Shown here in pieces: positions 49,829 to 59,900 of a stretch of DNA of 64,000 nucleotides. The notes under the pieces were generated by a model. That model saw only the letters and a program-made list of their open reading frames with translations. It was not told where the DNA came from and ran no database searches. Source of the DNA: a virus. The stretch's first letter is position 1, and each line of letters begins with the position of its first letter. The DNA is taken from the IMG/VR virus record IMGVR_UViG_3300034102_003113. One strand, given 5' to 3'. Both the position numbers and the translations under genes were made by a program.

Positions 49829-52800
49829 ATGGCAGAATTTTTAGGATTCGGACAACTCACTCGCCCCGATATTGGTCTAATTGCTGACGGGGTGCAGAAC
49901 CTCGCCGAGATTTATACCTCGGATCAGCCTACTGCTCTGAGGAATATCCGCCTCAATCCAGAGATCCTAGATATTATCTATAAGCTCTCTAACACCATCT
50001 CCAGAGAAGATTTAAGGGCAGTAAGTGGATTATCATCCCTTTTGCTCCCTACTCTAGATCTTCAAGATGAGACATTTGAGCGGATCAATACGGCTCTTTA
50101 TGTCGATGAGAGTTACGTAAACTCCTCTAGGCAGATCGGTATTGACTCAAACCCCTCGCTTAGAGGGGACCTAGTCAAAGTGCCCAATGTTATTGTGTAC
50201 AATGGCTCGATTCAGTGCCAAGGTGTTCAGTACCGTACTAAGGTCCTTGGTGAGACTAGTCTATACTCTGGCGGAGAAAATAGACTAACGTCTGTCTCTA
50301 CGTCTAGAGCCAGTTTATTCAATTCAGAACAATTTGGCGAGAATGAGTCTAATACCGGGTATTTTAAATCTGCTTCTTATCCCTCGCTTATTCGCGTTCG
50401 TCGTAGATCACACGTAAATCGAATTACAATTAATAAATCTACTTTTATCCCTAGAGCACCGGTTAAAGAGAATCCCTCACATGAGATTCTTTGTTACATG
50501 GATAATGGGAACACTGGAACATCTCAGGCTCTCAAACTCCTATCGACAAAAAACTCACCACTAAGAATCCCATGCCGCATGGCATCAGGAAGTATTAAAT
50601 TTACCTTCACTGAGGTAGGAACGTTTTTCTTTGGATACCAGATCCAACCACTTCAATCAAGAGTTGTAGGTGAGCAACCCCAGTTCCTACCACTTACACC
50701 TATTTCTCAAACCGTTGCGTCTAACTCATTCACTCTTAACATAGATATCACAGCGACTGGTTATCAAAATTCCTACGATCTGTACCTTTATCTCTATTTA
50801 AATCCAGAAAAGATTCGTTCTATTGAGTTTAATGGGATAAATGTTTCTGAGTTTGTCGATGGTAAGGACATTGGCCTAGTTGGATTCAATAACCTTACAT
50901 CATTGGCACTTATCGGAACCTCAATAAAGATCCTTCCTATTTGGCTTAAAACGTTAAACACTAAACTTCAAGTACTTGACATAGCCTCTGATGGAGATAC
51001 TTATCGAAATGGGTTACTGAGATATTTTGATTACAGAAATGCTTCGGAATCACCGTCCACTTCCACGCCTCTATATACTGCTACAAGCTACCTCTCAATT
51101 CCTAAGAAAGGAGCCACCCTAAACGAAAATGGTAATGGTTGGAACGATACAATCTTCCAAAAATATATTACGTCCCAAGTCCCCACAACTACAAGTATTG
51201 ATAATGGTAGCGTGGTAACAAGGACCCCAGGCACTGACTTTAGAGTATTCAGTGCGATGAGAGTTCTTAATATCGGGGATAGGATGCTTGGTCGTAATCC
51301 TCGTCTTGATGATGTATTCCCAGGCTTAACAAGTCTTAACTGGAGAGGTTACGTTGGTAGAGGAGTATGGCCAATTTCTGGCACCCCTCCTAAAATCAAT
51401 AATCATGGCGGGGTCATTGACTCCTATATGATACACACGAGCGGAGCAAGTGGAAACATTACGGATATTGGCACATCAGAAGATATTGCTGACAATGTGG
51501 TAAATGGTCCGACACATATCTCTAAGTATAAAATTGATGCTATTGATATAGCCGGAGAGTATGGTTATGGGAAAATGAATATCTCTGGTGGCATCGCAAC
51601 ATCTAATTTTTCAGAGTGGTCAACGTGGTTCTCACAGACTAAGTCTATCAATATTTCTTGGAGTTATGTATCCATAGGTCTTCAACCAACAGGGTATGTA
51701 TGGGAAAATCTTCAAGGACTAGGGACAGAATACTCTGGAGGTATTGTATTTACACCCGCTTCAGGTACTGTCTCCAATCCAATTAAAGCCCCAAGAATCT
51801 CGTCCATTTCAGTCTATGGAACTTCGTCCACTGGGCCCATTCCATCATTAGGTACTGACCCTACTCAACACACATCTTCTATCACCTCCGTGCAATTTGG
51901 TGGGACGGAGTCTATGTCCACAGTGGCAGAGAACGGATATGCTTATATCTTACCTAGTAACTTTGCTCCAGATCGTCCGTCATCTCCACATAAACTCACC
52001 CTATTTGCAATTAACGACACTTCACGAGCAGGGAGATTTAGAGCCAATGACTTTAAGTATCTCTACGAGTTAAACAATCTTAATTTGCGTCGTGCTCCAG
52101 GAATGTGGGGTAAGTTTCCTATCTTCCCAACAAGAAAAAATCCAGAGACAGAGACTAAAAATATTTATATTGATATTGCTGACGGATGCAGGTTCTCTGA
52201 TCTAAGTACATTAGATATCACACCTTCTAATAGATACATTGCCCGTGACCTTATCTCATTAGATGCCTGGAATCAGAATATCGCAAGAGGTGGATGTAAG
52301 TTGCCTTCATTGGAAGGTATAGGAGGTTCGGATGCTACCCGAGTGCAATATATCCATTTGGGTAATTCACTGCGCTCTACCTATCCCTCTAACTGGATAG
52401 GGACTAATAAATCCCCTAACTCCTACGTATTTGATTCCGATATTTATTCGTCTGTGACTGGAATCACACCTGGCCGCCAGATTAACTCTGATGATGCAAT
52501 TTATTTTATAACAGGTGCTTCTGACTTTGATAGAAGAGTGCTTGTTAATGACTCTGTTCATTCCACCACTACAGGAGTAGAATTGGCCAGAGTCGTTAGT
52601 GTAGAGTTCGATAGAATCTATCTTGATAGAGATATTCCTGGTTCTTCCGCTGGAACATACTACTTCAAGCGCCATACTCAGTCAATTGATAATTGGTTCC
52701 AGGTAGGATTCACGGATATTAGCAAACTTAGACTCAACGGATGTAGATTGAGCGGGTCCATAAATATCCGTTCTGGATTTGGTAAAATTGTAGATGACAG

Positions 52801-53449
52801 TTATCCATGTTTTGATCTTTCAAATAACTGTCTAACCGGATATACCGCCGGCTTTGACAAAATCTTCTCTGGCAATAACAGAAAGATGACACTAGATCTT
52901 TCATATAATAACTTCTCTGCGTCAGTAATTAGAAAAATGCTTTCTGATCTCTTAGCCATTGAGGCCCAGAGCAAATTTACAAACGTAGAGATAAGACTAA
53001 ATAACACAAAGTTATCCACCTCTGACACGTATATCAACTATACCCAAGAAGATCTGTTCCCAACCACAATCTCCTCGGCCTCTAATCAAGTTATCTCTCT
53101 TACAAGAGTTGAAAGAGTCAAGATCTACACAGAAGTGACTACAGTAGATCAGAATGGTGTAGAAACTACAAACACAGTAGTAACAGGGTCCAAGAATATT
53201 ACTGTTCCTGGAGCGCTTATCGCTTCTCTTGGTGGGTATTATAAGACTCAGACAAATGGCAGACAACAAATTGTGGAAAATGAGTTAGGAGTTAAATTTA
53301 AAAATAATAGATATTGGGGATTTAATCTTGGTTTTACTTACCAATCACCTAATACCTCACCGACGGTTACATCCACATCTTACTCAAGCCCTACAACCCG
53401 TGCGGCGTCACTAGCCGAACTTGGTTATACCCTGGCAGACCTTGCCTGA
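49829..53449 (+). CDS. Large LRR-containing protein, probably virion-associated
   Basis: LRR units NLTSLALIGT, KLQVLDIAS, ELNNLNL...GKFP, KLRLNGCRLSGSI, FDLSNNCLTG and LDLSYNNFS. Confidence 0.7.
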   Translation: MAEFLGFGQLTRPDIGLIADGVQNLAEIYTSDQPTALRNIRLNPEILDIIYKLSNTISREDLRAVSGLSSLLLPTLDLQDETFERINTALYVDESYVNSSRQIGIDSNPSLRGDLVKVPNVIVYNGSIQCQGVQYRTKVLGETSLYSGGENRLTSVSTSRASLFNSEQFGENESNTGYFKSASYPSLIRVRRRSHVNRITINKSTFIPRAPVKENPSHEILCYMDNGNTGTSQALKLLSTKNSPLRIPCRMASGSIKFTFTEVGTFFFGYQIQPLQSRVVGEQPQFLPLTPISQTVASNSFTLNIDITATGYQNSYDLYLYLYLNPEKIRSIEFNGINVSEFVDGKDIGLVGFNNLTSLALIGTSIKILPIWLKTLNTKLQVLDIASDGDTYRNGLLRYFDYRNASESPSTSTPLYTATSYLSIPKKGATLNENGNGWNDTIFQKYITSQVPTTTSIDNGSVVTRTPGTDFRVFSAMRVLNIGDRMLGRNPRLDDVFPGLTSLNWRGYVGRGVWPISGTPPKINNHGGVIDSYMIHTSGASGNITDIGTSEDIADNVVNGPTHISKYKIDAIDIAGEYGYGKMNISGGIATSNFSEWSTWFSQTKSINISWSYVSIGLQPTGYVWENLQGLGTEYSGGIVFTPASGTVSNPIKAPRISSISVYGTSSTGPIPSLGTDPTQHTSSITSVQFGGTESMSTVAENGYAYILPSNFAPDRPSSPHKLTLFAINDTSRAGRFRANDFKYLYELNNLNLRRAPGMWGKFPIFPTRKNPETETKNIYIDIADGCRFSDLSTLDITPSNRYIARDLISLDAWNQNIARGGCKLPSLEGIGGSDATRVQYIHLGNSLRSTYPSNWIGTNKSPNSYVFDSDIYSSVTGITPGRQINSDDAIYFITGASDFDRRVLVNDSVHSTTTGVELARVVSVEFDRIYLDRDIPGSSAGTYYFKRHTQSIDNWFQVGFTDISKLRLNGCRLSGSINIRSGFGKIVDDSYPCFDLSNNCLTGYTAGFDKIFSGNNRKMTLDLSYNNFSASVIRKMLSDLLAIEAQSKFTNVEIRLNNTKLSTSDTYINYTQEDLFPTTISSASNQVISLTRVERVKIYTEVTTVDQNGVETTNTVVTGSKNITVPGALIASLGGYYKTQTNGRQQIVENELGVKFKNNRYWGFNLGFTYQSPNTSPTVTSTSYSSPTTRAASLAELGYTLADLA

Positions 53450-53455
53450 TTAAAG
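53448..53455 (+). promoter_or_regulatory. GATTAAAG variant of the putative late promoter
   Basis: One mismatch, 24 nt before ATG 53480, with TAGA 6 nt downstream. Confidence 0.45.
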
Positions 53456-53479
53456 TTTATTTAGAAATAAGAACATACT

Positions 53480-55249
53480 ATGGCCGGACTTTATAGTAAA
53501 AAGAATCTTGGAGAGGTTCAGTTAAATCTCAAGGACGCTTTACAAAAGCTCTATGCCCCAGGCATCCAAGAAGACCTAAGACTATTTGCTTTTTCCAATT
53601 CTCTTTATTCTGAGATCCGGTCTGGTATTACAAAGATAGATGCCAATACTAATGAGGAGATAGAGATCCCTAATGAGATTTATGGCTTTATCAATGAGCC
53701 ATTTACAGATGATAATGGTAACGTCATCAACCGTACAAAATTTATAACAAATAAACTCACCTTCTCTAGCAATAACAGGGTCTTTTTTAACAAAATTTCT
53801 AATGTTGCCTTTACTCTAGATCGCAGAACCAACCTTACCGAAGGTGCTCCTATTGTTGTATCCCAGAATGGCTCTATTGTTAATGTAGAGATTGTTGGTG
53901 CGGGATCACAATATCAGATTATCAACCCATCTGGGTCAGTAGTTACCCTTCCTGCATCTATCCAAGTGAATGTGAGAGGAAAGGAGTCTGGTGCCGAAAA
54001 TGCTATTGTAGAGATAACTATTCTTGCCAATGGTACAATTTCAAAAATAAATCCCCCAAATGTTATTTTTGGTGGTTCGGGATATTTTGAACAAGAGGAT
54101 CTCGAGTTAGTTACTCAATGTGGAGTTAATAGATTCGGTCAAGAAGAAACCCCAGTTCTCCATAAATGTAAAAATTATCCTACCACGGCAAATCGCCTTT
54201 ATCACAAGGAATTTAAATACACTATACCTAGTGCTGGACAGGACATTGACTATGACACTGTATCCTTAGGTTATAAAGCAACCTTACGTCAAACCAAGTA
54301 CTTCTATCAGACTAGAGATGCTGCTGAGGGCGGGTTTTTTCTATTCGATGAAAAGTCAAATAAGTGGATGTATCTAGGGGAGTTTTATGATAGCCAGTAC
54401 GCTATTGAACTCCGCACAGAACCATTGCTTACAATGAGAAGATATGACACGATTGCGTCTTTAAATCTTCTTAATCTTGATTCACTTGATTCTAACTCAT
54501 TCTTTTTCTCATACGACGAAGGGTTTAGTGTAGCAGATAACCTAGGCGCGCAGATTAGATCATTGAGTCAAAACGTTGAGAACATAAAAGACTCCTTTAA
54601 GTACCTCCTTCAAAATAACAAACGCCAAAGGTTGGTAACTGATGAAAAAAATACTCTAGGAACCCAGTATAATATTTTTGAAGGTAAAAACTTTGATAGT
54701 ACCTTCAGATTGATTATAAGAGACCCCGATGGAGTAGTGGATAGAAGCGATGTTGAGTTTACTGAATTAAGGACTTTGGAAGATCCAGAGCAAGTAGAAC
54801 TTACAGTTGGTGATCCTGGAGTAACTTATCATATCCCTGGCCTTTATCTCAATGTTGGTGGGGTCTATAAGAGAGCCTTTAGTACTGATGATAAACCATT
54901 CCTCAGTTCTAGAGACAAAAGTTTTATTAGTCCCCTTCTAGATAAAATTAGTGGATCTACTAACTATGCCACAGGAAGTTTTGTTCCTAGGGCCGAAAGT
55001 GGTGAAAATAAATATTCTATTTCTACAGCATATCTTCGCCCAGGTGGAGAGGTTCTAATCGGATTTAACACATTGATCGGATCGTTGGTACAAAACCTAT
55101 CCTCCACAGCAAGTAATGGAGGATTTGTGTTCCATAGAGCGCTAACAACCCCAACTATCAATGCTGGTCAGAATGTAAAAGGTTGGCCGATATTTGACTA
55201 TGAGCATCTGGGAGTTACATACTCCCCTGTAATCTTAGCCTATACCTGA
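53480..55249 (+). CDS. Virion structural protein
   Basis: GSI..V.I...GSQY and GGSGY beta repeats. N-terminal GL...NL.E...AL motif. Confidence 0.7.
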   Translation: MAGLYSKKNLGEVQLNLKDALQKLYAPGIQEDLRLFAFSNSLYSEIRSGITKIDANTNEEIEIPNEIYGFINEPFTDDNGNVINRTKFITNKLTFSSNNRVFFNKISNVAFTLDRRTNLTEGAPIVVSQNGSIVNVEIVGAGSQYQIINPSGSVVTLPASIQVNVRGKESGAENAIVEITILANGTISKINPPNVIFGGSGYFEQEDLELVTQCGVNRFGQEETPVLHKCKNYPTTANRLYHKEFKYTIPSAGQDIDYDTVSLGYKATLRQTKYFYQTRDAAEGGFFLFDEKSNKWMYLGEFYDSQYAIELRTEPLLTMRRYDTIASLNLLNLDSLDSNSFFFSYDEGFSVADNLGAQIRSLSQNVENIKDSFKYLLQNNKRQRLVTDEKNTLGTQYNIFEGKNFDSTFRLIIRDPDGVVDRSDVEFTELRTLEDPEQVELTVGDPGVTYHIPGLYLNVGGVYKRAFSTDDKPFLSSRDKSFISPLLDKISGSTNYATGSFVPRAESGENKYSISTAYLRPGGEVLIGFNTLIGSLVQNLSSTASNGGFVFHRALTTPTINAGQNVKGWPIFDYEHLGVTYSPVILAYT

Positions 55250-58200
55250 TAGTAAGGGAGAATTAGAAACCAAGGGATTCTGTCTTGCGTTAACAAACAG
55301 ATAATAGGTATCCTTTACCTTCTCTTGGTTTCCAATATGCTCGTACACGTCTTCATTAAATGGTGTTCCATCAGACTTAAAGATCGGCAATTCAACCTTA
55401 ATCCGATGTGTGTAGTCTGAGTCATTGAGCGATTTTGACGAGGTTGTGATAATGTTTGTCGGGTTATCTGTGATTGAGTAGGAGAACTCAATCTTCTCAG
55501 AAATATTTAACTTATTTCCACCAAGGTTGGATAGAGTGTGATCTCCCCAGAATACATCGTAGTTACCTGCGGGCGTAGAAGGGTTGTATAGATTAGCATC
55601 ACTAATTGCAATATTTGCAAGTAATACGTCCGAAATTACATACGGAGGATAACAAATACCACTTGTGTAATTTGATGGTTGATCATAGCCAAATGGCGTT
55701 ACTCTTTCCGAAGGCACCTTTGGAACCTCGCTTAATGAGGATACAAAATCCCCACTACCAGAACTGTAGGTAATCTTCAGGGTATCAGAGAAACTAATAG
55801 ACTCTCCTGTATCAACTTTTGCGAATTGGAAGGCAATATCTTTCTCTAGGAAATATTTGACGTATTTTCCATTTAAAGATGTTCTGGCAGGCACAAAAGG
55901 TGTACCAAATGCTAATAACCAAATCTCATTTGTTCCTAGTGGGAGTTGATTATTGACAAAGGTATCTGTTAAAGTGTTATACTTTACTCTCTCAACGCTT
56001 AATACAAGAGGAGCGACAAATCCTTGGACGTTAGTGGTAAAGGCAAGGTTATCTGCGTTAGCAATAGCATTTACAATTATCGGTTTGGCCCAGTCACTCT
56101 CACTTGTAAAGGTTGGGAAACCATATGTAGTTGGATTATCAGATACAGTAATGGCCGTGAGGCTGGAGTGTAGATAGAATCGACTTGTAACTGTCCCTTC
56201 CCAATACATGAGGACAATTCGCTCTGTGATATTCCCTGCCGCAACGGTCTGGTGATTAGGAGATCCGCCTAGATCATTGGCTCCCAATGCCTCTGTGGAG
56301 TTGAAAAGAGCGTTATTTACAGGAATTCCAGTAAACTTAACTAAACCCCCTTCACCGAGAAGGTTGGGGACTAGTCTCATGCCGATATAATTAGAGGACT
56401 GAGTATCACCGGAGTAGTTTGCCTCGCCAAGGATTAAGTTAGGACGCAAGGTATAGGTTCCTGTTCCATTACCATACTTACCTACACCAGCAGCATTTGA
56501 TTGAAGTGATGCTTTAAATAAGTTATTTACAAACCCATCTAGTGGATCATTAGTTTTAGAGATTGCCGTATCAAATAGGTATCTATTTCCTTCACTTACT
56601 TTCCACCAAGATGGACGGGCATCAAATTCATACTTGTAGATACTGGGCTCGAAGTTTGTATCAAGTAAATCAGCATAACCATTATACCCATCTTTAGGAG
56701 AGACGATTAGTGAACTCCAAAGAGTCACCGATGAATAATCACCTTTATTAGGAACCAATCGAAGTACATAATTTCCAGACCCATTAGCAGGAAGCGCATC
56801 TGCGTAGATAACGTTTGCTACTGTAGTTAACGTGATCTCTTCTGGAGTTGATAGGGGAATAGTAGTGGTAATTGTTTCCTCAATGGGATCACCATTTTCA
56901 TCCTCACCAATAATCCTAGTTATTGTCTCATCAAAAGCCACGAGTTGGTAGGTAACGGACGCTGTAGTATCTAATACTACGGCCTCAAGATCAATCTCAG
57001 CATCAGCATCTGGTGTAATGATGATATCTGGAGAGACCTCGGATACATTAACAATTAACTCACCTGAGTAGAACGTATCAACAGAATTAGGATCGGTTGA
57101 GGATTGAGCATATTTAATAAATATGTTAGGCTCTAGAGGCACTTCTAGTTCTTCGTTAGCAGTATCAGGCCCACCATTCCACATCCTAATTGAGATGGGT
57201 ACATATCTATATCCTGTGGTTCCTAGCGCATTAGTTTTATAGATAAATCTGCTGGGAAGATTATCTAGATTAAAACTCATCTTGGAGATATACCTATCAC
57301 CCTCTTCAATAAACTTAGCATTCTTTGTTTTGTCAAAAGAACTAAATACTTCTGTCCATGTAGGGGCAAGATTTGTACCTCCATTAACAACATCAACTTT
57401 TATAGAAGTATTTGTCTCGATCTCAAAGATATATTTTCTGTCAGTTCCGTCATTATCTATTCTTAAAAACCCATCCCATCTCACTCCCCAGTTATCTTGA
57501 TTATCTCTGAGTACTCTTGGTGGACGCGAGAAACGCATATTAGAGTCTTTAGTGATATTGTTCCCGTCATAGACATAACGATTTACAACTGGAATGCGAG
57601 TCTCTACATAAGCCCCAGAGTTAAAATACTCTTTTTCTGAATAAAGTTCAAATGATCCTTGTTTAAACTCCAAAAGACTTTGGGTTGTCGCCGGATCGAT
57701 ATCATCAGCACTATAAGGAATATTATTACCCGAGTCATTTGGCGATTCAAGAAACCATTGAGGCGGATTAAGAACAGAGTATTCTCTTGAAAATACGTAT
57801 TCTATGTCAAGAAAATCCGAACCAACAATACTCTTAAGTTCCTTTAGTTTTAGTCTTGAGTTTGTATCTGTTGATTGAAATTGTCTAACATAAATGGTTT
57901 GTCCGCCATCTACATAAGAACTAACTACAGTACCCTTAATACTAATCCCCGTACCAACTAACGACACTTCTTGAAGCGTAGAGGGATTAATATAAGATTT
58001 TAATGTCCAGACAAGGGTATTCGGAGTGGCAATCTGCTCCTCATATGATGATAGTTGATCTGGATTGATAGAGATATCAGCGGAGTTAATACTTATCGCG
58101 CCTGTATTCTCATTAAAGGATGTAAATGCTAATGTACCAAATTCTTGATCGATTCCTGCTCTTGCTCTATAGAATAGGGCCGTTGGACCTGCATGAAGGC

Positions 58201-58630
58201 CATTAAGTGTTCCTTTTCCTGTAAAAGAGTTAATTTGATCGATACGATCTTCAACCCTGATACGTGGTGTTGTGGATACTGTAGCCCCTGCAACTCCACC
58301 AGCAATACTAATATCAGCCAATGGAGTTAGGAAACTCTTTGTAATCTCATTTTCAACAAACTCTCTTGTGATTTCAAAATCTTCTGGCTTGTACGTGCCA
58401 TAGATCGAAATCTCATTAGCATCATCAATGCGGGTAATATACTCCAGAACGTTAGTAAGAGCCTCTCCAGGATCCTCAAGATCGGAGAGGGCATTGTTTC
58501 TCAGTAGACCAATATAGTTAATATCATTAAGCTTCCTACCGGCCCTGCGCATCAGATAAGATTGCAGAGCCGAGTAGTTATTAGCAATATCTAAATTCTG
58601 AGAAACCTTCTTGTCTATTCTGGTTGCCAT
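55235..58630 (-). CDS. Large structural protein with PA14-like domain
   Basis: DNWGVRWDGFLRI...KYIFEI...YVPISIR is a PA14 pattern. N-terminal GLLRNNALSDLED...ALTN motif. Confidence 0.7.
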   Translation of the reverse strand: MATRIDKKVSQNLDIANNYSALQSYLMRRAGRKLNDINYIGLLRNNALSDLEDPGEALTNVLEYITRIDDANEISIYGTYKPEDFEITREFVENEITKSFLTPLADISIAGGVAGATVSTTPRIRVEDRIDQINSFTGKGTLNGLHAGPTALFYRARAGIDQEFGTLAFTSFNENTGAISINSADISINPDQLSSYEEQIATPNTLVWTLKSYINPSTLQEVSLVGTGISIKGTVVSSYVDGGQTIYVRQFQSTDTNSRLKLKELKSIVGSDFLDIEYVFSREYSVLNPPQWFLESPNDSGNNIPYSADDIDPATTQSLLEFKQGSFELYSEKEYFNSGAYVETRIPVVNRYVYDGNNITKDSNMRFSRPPRVLRDNQDNWGVRWDGFLRIDNDGTDRKYIFEIETNTSIKVDVVNGGTNLAPTWTEVFSSFDKTKNAKFIEEGDRYISKMSFNLDNLPSRFIYKTNALGTTGYRYVPISIRMWNGGPDTANEELEVPLEPNIFIKYAQSSTDPNSVDTFYSGELIVNVSEVSPDIIITPDADAEIDLEAVVLDTTASVTYQLVAFDETITRIIGEDENGDPIEETITTTIPLSTPEEITLTTVANVIYADALPANGSGNYVLRLVPNKGDYSSVTLWSSLIVSPKDGYNGYADLLDTNFEPSIYKYEFDARPSWWKVSEGNRYLFDTAISKTNDPLDGFVNNLFKASLQSNAAGVGKYGNGTGTYTLRPNLILGEANYSGDTQSSNYIGMRLVPNLLGEGGLVKFTGIPVNNALFNSTEALGANDLGGSPNHQTVAAGNITERIVLMYWEGTVTSRFYLHSSLTAITVSDNPTTYGFPTFTSESDWAKPIIVNAIANADNLAFTTNVQGFVAPLVLSVERVKYNTLTDTFVNNQLPLGTNEIWLLAFGTPFVPARTSLNGKYVKYFLEKDIAFQFAKVDTGESISFSDTLKITYSSGSGDFVSSLSEVPKVPSERVTPFGYDQPSNYTSGICYPPYVISDVLLANIAISDANLYNPSTPAGNYDVFWGDHTLSNLGGNKLNISEKIEFSYSITDNPTNIITTSSKSLNDSDYTHRIKVELPIFKSDGTPFNEDVYEHIGNQEKVKDTYYLFVNARQNPLVSNSPLLSGIG

Positions 58631-58660
58631 AGCAGGGCACTAGGAGTATCTATAAAGATA

Positions 58661-58668
58661 CTTTAAAC
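58661..58668 (-). promoter_or_regulatory. GTTTAAAG putative late promoter
   Basis: CTTTAAAC on the + strand, 30 nt upstream of ATG 58630. Confidence 0.65.
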
Positions 58669-58671
58669 CTC

Positions 58672-59400
58672 TCAAGCCGGGGAATATAGATCGGAGTAAG
58701 CTCTAATGACAGACTTAACAAATCCAGAGCGGACAATCTCATCATAGCCAAAGTTAACATGGCCTACAGAATCATTAGAACTAAGTCTCCGAAGAGCATC
58801 GGAAAGACCGTCATTGCCATAGCGATTGGCAAGATCACGCTGAACCACGTCACCTAGAAGGGCGATGGAAGAACTATCACCGAGGCGGGTGAGGATTGTC
58901 ATTACGGAATGAGTAGTAGCGTTCTGCATCTCGTCGGCAATGATCATGCATCGGTGCAAAGAACGACCCCTGAGGTGTTCAATGGGCAAAAACTCAATAA
59001 CTTTTTTCTCTATGAGATAGTCTGCTTTACCTTTTTGCATAAATACTGCCAAGGAGTCACGGATTGGCATTATATGCGGAGCAATCTTCTCCTCAAGGTT
59101 ACCGGGCAAAAACCCTAACCCTTGTTCCCCAGGAGTGGAGACAATAGGCTTTACGTAATAAATCTTTTCAATCTCCCTCTTATGAAGTTTTTCGCAAGCT
59201 GCGTGGATCGAAAGGAGTGTTTTTGCTGTGCCAGGAGGCCCCGTGAGTATAGTCAGGGTCTTTGTCTTCAGGTACTTCATTGCATCAACCTGGGACGGAT
59301 TCATCGGAAGCAGAGGTTTATGCTCCTCGAATTTAGGATTTGATGCTTGAACCATGTCTCCTTGTTCGATTCTTTGACGTCTAGAGGATTTTCTTGCCAT
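58672..59400 (-). CDS. phoH: PhoH-family ATPase
   Basis: GPPGTAKT (Walker A variant), LGFLPG...EK..P, LRGRSL, IIADEMQN, LTRLG, GD..Q.D and IVRS. Confidence 0.95.
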   Translation of the reverse strand: MARKSSRRQRIEQGDMVQASNPKFEEHKPLLPMNPSQVDAMKYLKTKTLTILTGPPGTAKTLLSIHAACEKLHKREIEKIYYVKPIVSTPGEQGLGFLPGNLEEKIAPHIMPIRDSLAVFMQKGKADYLIEKKVIEFLPIEHLRGRSLHRCMIIADEMQNATTHSVMTILTRLGDSSSIALLGDVVQRDLANRYGNDGLSDALRRLSSNDSVGHVNFGYDEIVRSGFVKSVIRAYSDLYSPA

Positions 59401-59419
59401 TAGAGGTTAGGGTTTCCAT

Positions 59420-59505
59420 GATACGAAAAAAGACCCAGGGAGATAAGGGTCTCCGCCGGGTCTTATGGTCTGTATGTCTTGAGAGACATTTAATATCTTC
59501 GTATC
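59420..59505 (-). ncRNA. Candidate structured cis-regulatory RNA/attenuator in the phoH 5' leader
   Basis: A closing stem (GAUACGAA/UUCGUAUC) encloses two hairpins; the second hairpin is followed by a U-run. Confidence 0.5.
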
Positions 59506-59513
59506 CTGACAAA

Positions 59514-59521
59514 CTTTAAAC
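59514..59521 (-). promoter_or_regulatory. GTTTAAAG putative promoter upstream of the phoH leader
   Basis: Exact motif 113 nt upstream of the phoH ATG. Confidence 0.55.
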
Positions 59522-59524
59522 CAG

Positions 59525-59872
59525 TTAAGCAACTCTAACTTTTAATATGCTACCGGTCCTATACATTCCACCGACAGGGACAGGGGGCACTGCGGCAGCA
59601 GCGGCGGTATCATCGGCAAAAGCTCTCAGCCCAGTAAAATTAATTCTATTAAAACTTACAGGGACAGTTGATCTATCACCAAATCTTCTTACCACGCCAG
59701 TAGTATCAGCGTAATATACTTCGTCAAGAGGCTCGTTGATAAAGAGTTCCCCTCTATACATCGATTCCGAGTTGTTATCAAGGAGATCTTGTAAGTATTC
59801 TTTGTCGTGGGTAGAGTCGGCGGTGAATCTAACTCCCCAGCGATGGAAAGGTGGTTCTGGAGTAGCGGGCAT
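59525..59872 (-). CDS. Miniature fibre-like protein
   Basis: GELFINE...VYYAD anchor (compare 11225) plus a C-terminal FADDTAAA...VGGMYRTG..LKVR motif. Confidence 0.65.
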   Translation of the reverse strand: MPATPEPPFHRWGVRFTADSTHDKEYLQDLLDNNSESMYRGELFINEPLDEVYYADTTGVVRRFGDRSTVPVSFNRINFTGLRAFADDTAAAAAVPPVPVGGMYRTGSILKVRVA

Positions 59873-59900
59873 ATTCCTGCTCGGTGACTAATATAGTAGT

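Noticed and set aside
58645-58662. Short palindromes just downstream of several promoter motifs (also about 59886-59901 and 40314-40330)
   Set aside because: These are AT-rich 5-7-bp stems with no shared sequence or position, and cannot be separated from chance without statistics.
59506-59530. Cyanobacterial Pho box upstream of phoH
   Set aside because: There is no convincing set of 11-nt-period direct repeats. The TTAA cores are explained by the GTTTAAAG motif and a stop codon.
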